A stretch of DNA of 64,000 nt, taken from NCBI GenBank assembly GCA_963666975.2, contig CAXVYR010000004.1:2240001-2304000 (forward strand), written 5' to 3'. Source of the DNA: Terriglobia bacterium (GTDB taxonomy: Bacteria; Acidobacteriota; Terriglobia; 2-12-FULL-54-10). Positions 29,730 through 39,442 of this stretch are shown one piece after another (the stretch's first letter is position 1; each line of letters opens with the position of its first letter). Under the pieces are notes generated by a model. That model was not told the DNA's origin, ran no database searches, and saw only the letters and a program-made list of their open reading frames with translations. A program made the translations under genes and the position numbers.

Positions 29730-30181
29730 TGTCGGACCTGGGCGAACTCTATCAAGAGCTGATTGTGGACCACAGCAGAAGGCCCCGGAACTTTCGGAAA
29801 ATTGCGGGAGCCGATCACCAGGCGGAGGGGTATAATCCGCTTTGCGGGGATAAGGTCACAATCTATTTGAAACTGAAAGACGACGTAGTTCAGGAGATCG
29901 GCTTCCAGGGCTCGGGCTGCGCTATTTCCACAGCCTCGGCCTCGCTGATGACGGAGAGGGCCAAGGGCAAGACGCCGGCCGAGGCCGAAGCGCTTTTCGA
30001 TGTCTTTCACAAACTGGTAACGGAGGGGCCGACGGAAGAGTTGGACACGTCGCAGTTGGGAAAGCTGGCCGTGTTCTCCGGTGTCTGCGAGTATCCCACT
30101 CGCGTCAAGTGCGCCATCCTGGCGTGGCACGCTTTGCGGGCAGCTCTCCAGGGCGCTGCAGAGGTTGTATCAACAGAGTGA
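29729..30181 (+). CDS. sufU: SufU / NifU-like sulfur transfer protein
   Basis: LYQELIVDH, NPLCGD, GCAISTAS and PTRVKCA.L.WH. Confidence 0.95.
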   Translation: MSDLGELYQELIVDHSRRPRNFRKIAGADHQAEGYNPLCGDKVTIYLKLKDDVVQEIGFQGSGCAISTASASLMTERAKGKTPAEAEALFDVFHKLVTEGPTEELDTSQLGKLAVFSGVCEYPTRVKCAILAWHALRAALQGAAEVVSTE

Positions 30182-30190
30182 GGTGAGGAA

Positions 30191-30529
30191 ATGGCCGACA
30201 GCAATTCTCTGGGGTTCATGGAAATCATAACGATCGAAGAAAAGGTAGTGGAGGCACTGCGGACTTGTTACGATCCGGAGATTCCCGTCAATATTTATGA
30301 ACTGGGACTGATCTACGAGGTCAAAGTGCAGCCCTCCGGAGAGGTGGACATCAAGATGACGCTCACCTCGCCCAACTGTCCGGTGGCGGGCTCCCTGCCC
30401 AAGGATGTGGAGACCAAGGCGAAGGGTGTTTCGGGTGTGACCGACGCCAAGGTGGATCTGGTCTGGGATCCCCCCTGGGATCCCAAAAAGATGTCCGAAG
30501 CAGCCAGGCTGCAGCTCGGCATGTTGTGA
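30191..30529 (+). CDS. DUF59 / SufT-like Fe-S maturation protein
   Basis: YDPEIPVNIYELGLIY, MTLTSPNCPVA and WDPPW...MSEAARL.LG. Confidence 0.93.
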   Translation: MADSNSLGFMEIITIEEKVVEALRTCYDPEIPVNIYELGLIYEVKVQPSGEVDIKMTLTSPNCPVAGSLPKDVETKAKGVSGVTDAKVDLVWDPPWDPKKMSEAARLQLGML

Positions 30530-30588
30530 GGATTGATGTGAGGATGAAGGGCAAACCCTGCGCGGCATACCGTGGGAGGTTTTAGGCT

Positions 30589-31074
30589 GTGAAATTCAGC
30601 GCTCAGGAAGAATACGGACTGCGTTGCCTGCTACAGATCGGGAGGCAAGGCGAAGGAGACAGCCGCACCATCCCCGAGATCAGCTCGGCGGAAGGGCTCT
30701 CGGGTCCCTATGTGGCGAAACTGATGCGGGTGCTGCGGCAGGGCGGGTTCGTCCAAAGCACGCGCGGCCAAGCCGGGGGCTATGTTCTTTCCCGCCCGCC
30801 GGGGCAGATTGTGGTTGGCGAGGTTCTGAATCTGCTGGGGGGGCGTTTCTATGAGCCGGAGTTTTGCGAGCGCTATCCCGGGAGCGAAGAAACCTGCACG
30901 CACACGGTGGATTGTTCCGTTCGTTCTCTGTGGAGCGCGGTTCAGGGCGTCGTGGACAGGGTGCTGAGCAAGACGACACTCCAGGACCTTCTCGGCAATG
31001 AACAGGAGACCGTCGCATTGGTGAGCGGTCTGATTCAGATTGACGAAATCCCCACCCGGCCGCCCGTCTGCTAG
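30589..31074 (+). CDS. Rrf2-family (IscR-like) transcriptional regulator
   Basis: EEYGLRCLL, STRGQAGGYVL and three C-terminal Cys (C-x9-C-x5-C). Confidence 0.92.
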   Translation: MKFSAQEEYGLRCLLQIGRQGEGDSRTIPEISSAEGLSGPYVAKLMRVLRQGGFVQSTRGQAGGYVLSRPPGQIVVGEVLNLLGGRFYEPEFCERYPGSEETCTHTVDCSVRSLWSAVQGVVDRVLSKTTLQDLLGNEQETVALVSGLIQIDEIPTRPPVC

Positions 31075-31310
31075 GATAATTGGCAAGTGAAGCAGCGGCG
31101 TGAAAACTTTCCTCCTGCACGGATCAGTCAGCAGAACATTCCCTTTTCCATCCCTGTTTCCATTTCCTGCCAAAGTAGATCATCGGACTTGCTGCCAAAC
31201 GAAGGTCCCAAAACGCTAGTACTCAGGTCCGGCCCTGTAAATGTGGCTTGCGTTCCATTGTCATGGATTCGCCGGTGTTCTAACCTTGTGACTGTAACGA
31301 GGAGGCTGTC

Positions 31311-31535
31311 ATGAGCAACACGCCGGTAGAAGTCCTGGAACTGATAAAAATTCGAAGGAATGTTCGGCGGAGCGTAGAATCGCTGGAACTCTGCTGGGCC
31401 TGCCAAAGGATCTGCGAATGCGAGCATCGGATGGTGGAAAACGGCCCTGCGGTATGGCTCTGCCAGGCGTGCCTGCAAAGACTGCAAATCCGGAGCCGGA
31501 AAATAGCTTCGGCTGCGCTGGCACCCGTCAGCTAG
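31311..31535 (+). CDS. Small Cys-rich hypothetical protein (possible zinc finger)
   Basis: GAGGAGG RBS; CWACQRICEC...WLCQAC. Confidence 0.65.
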   Translation: MSNTPVEVLELIKIRRNVRRSVESLELCWACQRICECEHRMVENGPAVWLCQACLQRLQIRSRKIASAALAPVS

Positions 31536-31704
31536 ACGGCCACCGCAAGCTCGCGGCTCCGCGAGCGGAAATTCCCGCCTAAATTTCAGAACACAAAATT
31601 CTCTTTCCTCTCTGTTTCCAGTTTTTGGTATAGTTTCATCATAGGTCAGCAGGCGAAAAGCTGCTGACGAGCAGATTTGTTCATTGGGTGCTTTGGAAAC
31701 GCAT

Positions 31705-32115
31705 ATGCAAGAAACCGCAAAAGCTTCTGAAAGAAGGCGCGTCCCCCGTATTTCGGTCGATCTTCCGGCTACCGTCACATGGAGCCGTAAACGGCGTCCG
31801 TGGAGGGCCAGGGAACTGAGCGAATTCGGGGTGTTTCTCGCCCCCAAACGAAAAGAACCGGCGAAAGAGAAAGGGACGAAAGAGCAGGGGACGAAAGAGA
31901 AGGGGGCGAAAGAGGAAGCAACGATAAAAGAAAGGGAAGAGGTGCTGGTTGATTTGGGTTTGGAACCGAAGACCTCCCCGCTTTCTCTGGCAGGAGTTGT
32001 CATCAGCGCCACCGCGGATGGAATCGCGGTCCGCTTCAAGAACCTCGCCCTGGAACATCATGCCTTGCTGAGAAACTACGTCCTGGCCCGCGGCATAGGG
32101 ATCGAAAAACCGTAG
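31705..32115 (+). CDS. PilZ-domain protein with an in-frame repeat insertion
   Basis: ERRRVPR (RxxxR), ELSEFG (variant of D/NxSxxG) and GIAVRF. Confidence 0.75.
   Translation: MQETAKASERRRVPRISVDLPATVTWSRKRRPWRARELSEFGVFLAPKRKEPAKEKGTKEQGTKEKGAKEEATIKEREEVLVDLGLEPKTSPLSLAGVVISATADGIAVRFKNLALEHHALLRNYVLARGIGIEKP
31859..31935 (+). repeat. 15-bp imperfect tandem repeat (about 4-5 copies) inside the PilZ gene
   Basis: gcgaaagagaaaggg / acgaaagagcagggg / acgaaagagaagggg / gcgaaagaggaagca. Confidence 0.8.
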
Positions 32116-32253
32116 CCGTCATCGGACGCTCATCGCACAGTGCCCCTTTGGTCCGAAAACCGTCACCGGGCCGTGCCGCTGGCAACAGAAAGAAGTTGTT
32201 CGCCTTGCTTGCAGGCGATAGGAAGATGCTTGCAAGAAAAAACAGCGGGTGAT

Positions 32254-32532
32254 TTATTCGCTGTGTCCCCCAGACGGCTTCACGAATTCCGCCTCCAGCC
32301 GTTCAAAAAACTCGTCGAACTCTCGAAAGAGACGATCCGCGTCATTCAGATTCAGGGGACGGCTGGCTGGGTTGCTCAGTGTCTCGTAGACCTTCTTTAG
32401 AAACCGGAGGTTTTCCGAATCGCCTCCGGCGTTCGGGAGGAGTTACTTTGCCTGGCGGCGGTAAGCGGCACGCACCTCATCCTGCGATGCGCCGGGATGC
32501 AAGCCGAGTACGCGATAATAATCCCGCACCAT
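32254..32532 (-). pseudogene. Small DnaJ J-domain protein pseudogene
   Basis: MVRDYYRVLGLHPGASQDEVRAAYRRQAK*LLPNAGGDSENLRFLKKVYETLSNPASR...; internal TAA at 32443-32445 and HPD degenerated to LPN. Confidence 0.75.
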
Positions 32533-32569
32533 GGAATTCTGGTCTTCGGTTGAAGGCAAAGCGGCGGGC

Positions 32570-33067
32570 TTAGCGCAGGTATCGGGTGGGCCGGGGGCCT
32601 TCCTCCAGCGCCTGGCGGTCCCAAATGGCCGCTTCGCGGGTGTAGTTGGCTAGTTCAAAGTCCTGCGTCAGCTCCAGAGCGTCCACCGGACAGGCATCCT
32701 CGCACAGCCCGCAGAACATACAACGCGACAGATCATAGGTGAAGGTGGTCAGCACCTTGCGGCGCGTCTTTTCGTCCCGGGCGCTGCCCACGACGATCAG
32801 GTTTTCCGGGCACGCCACAGCGCAAAGATTGCAGGCGATGCAAAGCGTTTCGGCGGACTCCGGGTTGATATTGAGCCGCGGCGCTCCCCGGTACCGTTCG
32901 GCCACCTGCGGCCGCTCCAGCGGATATTGCTCGGTGTAAAGCTCCTTGGGTTTGCCTGCATGAGCGCCCACCGCCAGGTTGTAGCGCATGGTCACCCACA
33001 GCCCTTGGAGCAAGTCCACCATGAATATTTTCTTCAGGAAGCTTTTTTCGTTGCTGTTGCCGTTCAC
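32570..33067 (-). CDS. nuoI: NADH-quinone oxidoreductase subunit I (stand-alone)
   Basis: TEQYP.E...RYRG, CIACNLCAVACP and RCMFCGLCEDACPVDALELT. Confidence 0.9.
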   Translation of the reverse strand: MNGNSNEKSFLKKIFMVDLLQGLWVTMRYNLAVGAHAGKPKELYTEQYPLERPQVAERYRGAPRLNINPESAETLCIACNLCAVACPENLIVVGSARDEKTRRKVLTTFTYDLSRCMFCGLCEDACPVDALELTQDFELANYTREAAIWDRQALEEGPRPTRYLR

Positions 33068-33284
33068 AACTCCCCCCGTCCTCTGGAAACTCCGGTGGCA
33101 GGTCTGCTAACCCGGTTTGCAAACAAGGTCTATTTCTCCGCCAAACATCAACCTATCGTAAATTACCTGTTTTGGCAACAAAGATGTATCCAAATGCGGA
33201 GCGGAAGCAAGTGACTGGTTTCCGCCCGCCTCTGCTTTACAGGACGCGGGTAATTTTTGCGAAGGAGGAAGGACAGGCGCAGCC

Positions 33285-34319
33285 TTACCATTCACTGCCT
33301 TCAACGAGTTCGGCCTCCGCTTCGTTGGAGCGGCGTGCGCCAGCTTCAATCCACACGGGGACAGTCCCTGGGTCCAGGCCCGGAGGGAGCGGCGTGTTGA
33401 TTTGCTTGAAGCCGGGATATTGGGAGTCGCCCACATGGACGGGGTTGATGCCGAAGCTTCCCGCGTGGACGCGGAGCGAGTCGCGGGTCACATCGTCCGG
33501 TAACCCCCTCGCATACATCCCCAGGAAGGCGTGCCGTCCGGTGACCGGGATGGGCCGTTCCCAGGTTACAGGATTGAACACCGCAGGAACGTGGAGAGAG
33601 GGGGGGGATTCCAAAGGCGTTCTGCCGTTCCAATTGCGAAAGGCTTTGAGCAGCGTCCGTGTTTCCTCGCGTTGCAGCAGATCGGCCCGCGCAAACCCGG
33701 AGGCGCGGGTCATTCCAATCAGGCACGCCGTGTTCGGTCCCCACCAGTTGTCGTACTGCCCGGCCAGTTCGTCTAGTTCGTAGAATTCCAGGATGGGCCG
33801 GCCGATCTGAGAAGGGAAAAAATTGTCGCTCACCGTGGATTCGATCACGGCCACGTCGCGCGTCATTTCGCAGATGCGCTCCAGTCCCAGCAGCGGGTGG
33901 CGGAGATGATAGACCACGTTCAGGAACAGCACGATGTCAAAAGTCCCCAGCTTCTTGCGGTCCAGCGCATAGACGCTCATCTCATGGAATTCTACATTTG
34001 ACCGCAGCGCCTGACGCGCTCGGAAGAAGTTTTCCGGGCGGAAACAGTCCACCGCCACCACCTCGGCGCCGTGCCGCTCCGCCTCGAAGCTGTAGAACCC
34101 GTCCCAACAACCCATGTCCAGGACCCGCTTGCCGGTGAGATCGTCCGGCAGTCCGAAACTTGCATAGATTTTCCGCAACTCTCCCAGTTTGCGAACCCCT
34201 GGGGTAACGTTGCCGCCGCCGAGATCAATGCTGTGCCACCAGGAGCCGGATTCCATCGCCGCGCGGTGCTCGCCTGCTCGTTGGCGGATTCGTTCCTGGG
34301 GCGACTCTGGTTCCCTCAC
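33285..34319 (-). CDS. Class I SAM methyltransferase (CmoB/DUF1698-like) with C-terminal Ig-like domain
   Basis: WWHSIDLG..VTPG, GKRVLDMGCWDGFYSFEAE, FDIVLFL.V.YHL.HP and NWWGPN..CL. The GTG start overlaps the upstream TGA. Confidence 0.8.
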   Translation of the reverse strand: MREPESPQERIRQRAGEHRAAMESGSWWHSIDLGGGNVTPGVRKLGELRKIYASFGLPDDLTGKRVLDMGCWDGFYSFEAERHGAEVVAVDCFRPENFFRARQALRSNVEFHEMSVYALDRKKLGTFDIVLFLNVVYHLRHPLLGLERICEMTRDVAVIESTVSDNFFPSQIGRPILEFYELDELAGQYDNWWGPNTACLIGMTRASGFARADLLQREETRTLLKAFRNWNGRTPLESPPSLHVPAVFNPVTWERPIPVTGRHAFLGMYARGLPDDVTRDSLRVHAGSFGINPVHVGDSQYPGFKQINTPLPPGLDPGTVPVWIEAGARRSNEAEAELVEGSEW

Positions 34320-35677
34320 GGACGGAATCTCCCGGGCGTAATCGGCTGCCGCCCTTGCCGAACGAAGGGAGCGCGCGGAAGAGACGCGGGCGGGCGGAGC
34401 CATCTTTGGAAAGCTTCTCTTTGCGGCGTCAGGGTGCGATCCAAAAAGTACTTGCCGAAGTGGGAGGCGTCCCTGCCCCACTCGTCCTTTTCGCCCGGCT
34501 GCTCGTAGAGAACCCAGTTGAAGAGGAACGCCACGCCTTCCTCGATGGACGCATCGATGATCGCCTGGAGCCGTTCCGCTGTGGGGTACAGATCCCAGTA
34601 CTCTCCAAACTCCCCTACGATGATGCGCTGGGGGAGTCCGGTTTTCTCGGCAAAACGGCGGACGATCCGGATACCCTCCCGAAAGGGAATTTCCACGTTC
34701 CCGGCATCCAGGTCCCACGCAATAGACCACCAGGCGCTGTAGCTCAGGTAATCCAGCCCTTGCAACTTGCTTCCGAGTCTCCACCAGTCCCGTTTTTGCT
34801 GACGGCCTTCCCTGGAATCCAGGAACAATGGTGAACTCGAAGGCTGTGAAGACCCTTCCTGGATATCCTGTTGCCTGGCGCGCTTCCCGCCTGCCCGGCA
34901 AGGACTCCATCGATGCGAGCCTGGAGGTAACGGGCAAATCCAGGCCAGGTCATGGTTTGCGTCCGGAACGGTCAGCTCGCGTGACGACAGATTCGGCCGC
35001 TTCCTGCTGAATTCCGGGTTCCAAAGAGGATGAAAATCCGGGTCCAGTTGTTCGATTGGAAAGCGTCCGGGCAAAAGAAGAATCCAGCTCTCCGAGGCAG
35101 GGAAATTCTTCACGCCCGAACGCCTCAGGGCGGTAGAGAACTCGATCCGTCTATGTCTGCCGCTTGCTCCAGCCTGGTTCTGGTGAGCCCCTTCGCCTGT
35201 TCGCCGCCCCGCAATACAATGCGGCGGGCAACCTGCGCCGCGTCCTGCGTTTGATCCAGGCCTTCTACTGCTCATCTCGTTCCTTTGACGAAACCAGTCC
35301 AACAAGTCAATCCACTTGCTTGGATCTAACGGCCTTCCCATGATGACGAAGGCTGGAAACTATCCTTGCTGGCGCGCTTCCCGCCTCCCGGGAAGGAAGA
35401 TCGCCTGAGGATAGTCGGCTCTGGTCATCTTTTCATCCAGAGGCCGCAAATCCTTCTCAAACGGCGGCGGGTCCCACCGGGGACCGATAAAGATTCGGGT
35501 CACCTGGTCCGCACCCAGCCTTTTGGCGTCGGACGCGGCAGAAATTAGATCGGGCATCTGCCCCCAAATATAAATGCCGACTTTCCGCTGGATCGTTTCA
35601 GGAGATGCTGCCGCAAGGAGGGAAGTCGAAAGAAAGAAGACGACCGTAACAAAAAATCGGGCATCCTTAGCCTTCAA
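34316..35677 (-). pseudogene. Fragmented gene for a secreted protein (glycoside-hydrolase-like TIM barrel?)
   Basis: The signal-peptide N-terminus (35360-35677) and the C-terminal block (DYLSYSAW...IIVGEFGE...FLFNWVLY) are separated by several frameshifts and a displaced duplicated segment. Confidence 0.55.
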
Positions 35678-36077
35678 GAAGACCTCCGTAACCAGGAACG
35701 CGTATGGGCTCGGGCTGAAAGTTCATTTTCTCACATTTAGGAGTTGTATTGTTGGCTATGAGCCCGAGCAAATTGAGGGCTGATAACAAGCTGGCGAGAG
35801 ATGCATTCCCCAGAGTGAATAGAACGGCGACAGCAACAAGGATGGGAAAACGCCTCATGGCAATTTTCTGCTCGCTCTCCTGAGTTGGCCGAGGCGCTCG
35901 GTCAGCCGTCCAAACCAGCGTCCGGGAAGCCCTTCGCGGGGTTTGTAGTGGGATAAGGGCAAAATCTACCGTATATTGTTCGTTTTGACAACTAGAGATG
36001 TATCCGTATGCGGAGTGTTTGCCTGCCAGCGCCGCAGGCGCAGATGATGCAATCTGCCGTGCTATATTCGAAATGCC

Positions 36078-36581
36078 ATGCCAGATGAAATGCCAGATGA
36101 AATGCTAGATGCGATGAAGGGCGCAATGAAGGAAGCGGACATACGTTTCATGCAAGCGGCTCTGGAGGAAGCACGGCTGGCCGAAGCGGAAGGAGAGGTC
36201 CCCGTGGGGGCCGTCGTGGTGCGGGGCACGGAGATCATCGGTCGCGGTGGAAACCGGAATATCAGCCGGAAGGACCCCACAGCGCACGCCGAGATGGTGG
36301 CCATGCGCCAGGCGGCCGAACGGCTGGGCCACCACCGTCTGGAGGGTTGCACCCTGTACGTCACATTGGAGCCCTGCGCGATGTGCGCCGGGGCCGCCGT
36401 GCTGGCCCGCCTGGAGCGGATGGTGTATGGTTGCGATGATCCGAAAGGCGGCGCGGTGCGCACGCTGTTTCGCGTGGCTGACGACAACCGCCTCAACCAC
36501 AGGTTGCAGGTGGAACGAGGCGTTCTCGAGCAGGAGTGCGCCGCCTGCCTCCGGGAGTTTTTCCAGAAAAAACGAGAGTAG
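36078..36581 (+). CDS. tadA: tRNA-specific adenosine deaminase
   Basis: GEVPVGAVVV, DPTAHAE, LYVTLEPCAMCAGA, DPKGGA and LNH. Confidence 0.95.
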   Translation: MPDEMPDEMLDAMKGAMKEADIRFMQAALEEARLAEAEGEVPVGAVVVRGTEIIGRGGNRNISRKDPTAHAEMVAMRQAAERLGHHRLEGCTLYVTLEPCAMCAGAAVLARLERMVYGCDDPKGGAVRTLFRVADDNRLNHRLQVERGVLEQECAACLREFFQKKRE

Positions 36582-36668
36582 CGGGAAGGATTTCTCCGTT
36601 GCTTACCCGTCACCCCTGACATCGTGATAAACTGAACAAAGACCCCGAGTTCAGCAACCAAGGTAGAC

Positions 36669-37934
36669 ATGCTAAAACCCCAACTCTAGAGAAACATTCA
36701 ATATGTTCGAAACATTGAGATCGAGGGATTTCGCAGCTTCCGGCATGTAGATTTAGATATCCCGTCTCTTGCCGTTCTCATCGGACCCAATGGCAGCGGC
36801 AAGTCAAATTTTCTCGATCTTCTTTCTCTTATGGCTGAAGCTGCACGCGGAGGTTTGGCCGAAGGTATAGCCTCGCGAGGTGGGTTTAACAATCTGGCTT
36901 TTAGGGGAGACCCCGGAGACATTTTCTTAGGACTTCGTTTCCAAGCTACAGGGGTATTCGAAGAAGAAAGAGAAAACGTTACCTTCAAGCTCAAACTAAA
37001 AAAATTCGGTCCAAATCCAAAGGTTTGGTTCGAGCAAGTTTCCAAAGCCCCGCGACCCCCTTTCCACCGGGCACCACTCATGCTTATGCATCGGGATAAG
37101 GATGGATGTATGTTTCGGTCAATTAAAACCGGAATGAAAGAGGAACTGGAGGAAAATGAAGAGGGAAAAGCCTTGGAGTCCGACTCTGAACTAGCAATTT
37201 CACAGGTTAAAGACCAAGAAAAATATCCGACGCCATATAAACTTTTGCGGCTATTACAGGAGTGGACTCTCTGCCGGGATATCAATGTGGATGCCAACGC
37301 TCCTGTCCGGCAACCTTCGCTAATTCGCGCGACCCTACGTCTTGGTCCAAACGGTACAAACCTGGCTTCAGTTCTCTACTCGATCCAACAACAACATCCT
37401 TCGAAGAAATCCTTGAAACAGCGTATCCCAATCTCCATTGCTATTTGGAAGGAGATCGAAGAAATCCTTGAAACAGCGTATCCCAATCTCCATTCCATTA
37501 CGTTTCCCCCAGAAGGTGGTGACGGAAAGGTTCTTCTTCGGTGGTGGGAACGGCCATATGAAAAGGAGAGCGGATTTTCTGCCAACCTCTTGTCTGACGG
37601 CACTCTTAAGTTTCTTTGTCTGATAGCGATTCTGAAAAGCCCTGACCCGCCCCCGCTCATCTGTATCGACGAACCTGAACTTGGTCTCCATCCGGACTGG
37701 ATCAAATTGGTTGCGGAATTGATGCAATCGGCAGCTAGCCGAACCCAACTGGTAGTTGCTACTCACTCCCCTCAACTAGTGGCAAAACTCCGCCCTGATC
37801 AGGTCATTGTGGCAGAAAAGGTGGACGGAGAAACTCAACTGAAGCGGCTTTCGGAAGAGAAACTGGGGAAATGGCTAGAGGAATTTAATCTGGGCGACCT
37901 CTGGATTGCTGGCCATTTCGGTGGTCGGCCTTGA
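36669..37934 (+). CDS. ABC/SMC-like AAA ATPase (AAA_21/COG4637-like); start uncertain, in-frame TAG at codon 7
   Basis: Upstream of the ORF-track start the same frame reads IEIEGFRSF...VLIGPNGSGKSNFLD (Walker A), followed by LSDGT, ICIDEPELGLHP and VATHSP. ATG 36669 is followed by TAG 36687-36689; ATT 36696 is an alternative start. Confidence 0.85.
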
Positions 37935-38578
37935 GAACCAACACTCCGAAGAAAGGGGGGAGAATCGTTATTTTATGTGAAGGCGAGACTGAAGAACTTG
38001 CTGTGAGACATTCCATTGCGAGGCGATGGCAGACAGAAGATCACCAAACTGTTGGGTTAAAAGCAATAGGTTTAAGAGGTAGGATACAGGATGTCGCCGT
38101 TAAGAGTAGGCTTTTCCTTGACGAGCAAAACGTTCTTGGAGTTTTTACGCTCGTTGACCTTTACAGGATGGATCGAGTTGATCACCCAGTTGGCGACTCC
38201 CTCAATACAAAAGTGCAGCGAGTCCGTGATTGGTTAAAAGCGCAAGTGAGTCATACTCGATCTAATGATTTTTACCCTCACGTCAGTGTGCACGAGACCG
38301 AAGCCTGGATTTTGGCTGAAGGTTCTGCCTTAGCAGGGCGGTTAAATGACAACAGCCTTAGACCAGACCCCAATGCCGAATTGAAAAATTTCCAACTGCC
38401 TCCTTCTAAACATATTAACGAACTCTTCCTCACGAGAAAACACGGTGACCGATATCAGAAGATTAGAGATGGCACTCCTCTTTTCAAAGCAATAAAGTTC
38501 GACGTGGTTTATAACTCATGTCAATACTTCCGAGCTTTCTACGAAGATCTAAAAGCCGCAGGTCGTAGTTCGGAGTGA
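37931..38578 (+). CDS. DUF4276-like / TOPRIM-fold putative nuclease
   Basis: IVILCEGETEE, LVDLY and VHETEAWILA; 4-bp overlap with the ATPase stop. Confidence 0.8.
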   Translation: MRTNTPKKGGRIVILCEGETEELAVRHSIARRWQTEDHQTVGLKAIGLRGRIQDVAVKSRLFLDEQNVLGVFTLVDLYRMDRVDHPVGDSLNTKVQRVRDWLKAQVSHTRSNDFYPHVSVHETEAWILAEGSALAGRLNDNSLRPDPNAELKNFQLPPSKHINELFLTRKHGDRYQKIRDGTPLFKAIKFDVVYNSCQYFRAFYEDLKAAGRSSE

Positions 38579-38761
38579 TTCCGAGTCCTCATATCTTTAC
38601 AGGCGCTTTTTTTGTTTAGAATGTCCTCTGATCCGGGTCGCGGGCTGTGTGCCTTAGCTGCCCGGTCCCTGGCAGCCGGACGGAGTCTGAGCGAAATCCA
38701 CCACAGTAACCGGTTGTGCACCTATGTCCGTTGCTGCTAATCTATTGAAAACACGGCATGC

Positions 38762-38851
38762 GGTGAGGTGCGAGAGTGGTTGAATCGGGCGGTCTCGAAA
38801 ACCGTTGAGCCTTTGCGGGCTCCGTGGGTTCGAATCCCACCCTCACCGCCA
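38762..38851 (+). tRNA. tRNA-Ser (anticodon CGA)
   Basis: GGTGAGG/CCTCACC acceptor stem, GCGGT-CTCGAAA-ACCGT anticodon arm, long variable arm, GTTCGAATCC and CCA. Confidence 0.97.
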
Positions 38852-38872
38852 TTTTTATCCTTTTATTTCCTG

Positions 38873-39061
38873 TCAATTAACAGTGGCCTTTTCGTCGCGT
38901 ACCTCATACGTACCCTTCGTCAGAGAAAACGCCAGGGCGTCTCTTTGCCAACTGCGCGCCACGTCTGCTTCCAACTGCTCCTGTCTAGCACGTACCCAGG
39001 GTGCATAATGCTTCTCCGTCACCCGGATGCTTGTATGTCCCAATAACACCGATACTCTCTC
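38873..39061 (-). pseudogene. Tyrosine integrase C-terminal relic next to the tRNA-Ser 3' end
   Basis: Manual translation ERVSVLLGHTSIRVTEKHYAPWVRARQEQLEADVARSW... has the box II LLGH...T..Y motif; no N-terminus is present. Confidence 0.8.
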
Positions 39062-39442
39062 ACTTTAGGTGGTACAAAAAGAGCCGGTCAGGTCAGGACC
39101 GTCTCCAAACCGGCATTTCCAGCCTGTTCGTGTTCCAATCGCGGCAAAGCAAAAAACGAAACAAATCTCTACCCGACAATCAGTTGCCGCTCGTGCACCG
39201 AGCGTTAACCGGACGGCAGTGGTTTTAAATTTACAAAAGGCTGGCGTCTCTCTTCGAGAGGATCGACAACTGGTCGCTGAGGAACTTGCAGTCACGTTTA
39301 GTGAAGACCGGTGAGCAGCCGGTTATAAGCCATCAGCGCGAGTTGGGTAGCGCTTTTCTGTATCAACCGGTTTCATCGCCCCAGGCTGTAATGTAAACTT
39401 TCTCAGTCACGCTGGTACAAAAGATCGGTCTGGTCAATTCGC

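Noticed and set aside
31128-32039. 303-aa minus-strand ORF
   Set aside because: Antisense to the PilZ and Cys-rich genes; low-complexity repeat-derived sequence.
33285-34937. 550-aa ORF as a single protein
   Set aside because: The first 200 aa overlap the upstream fragmented gene in another frame; the methyltransferase plausibly starts at GTG 34319.
35667-35858. 63-aa ORF with a signal-peptide-like start
   Set aside because: No recognisable domain; probably a fragment in a decayed region.
35870-35950. Possible c-di-GMP-I riboswitch on the minus strand (CAAACC...GCGAAGGG...GGACGC)
   Set aside because: Only a partial resemblance; the GCAAAGCC and second-stem consensus are missing.
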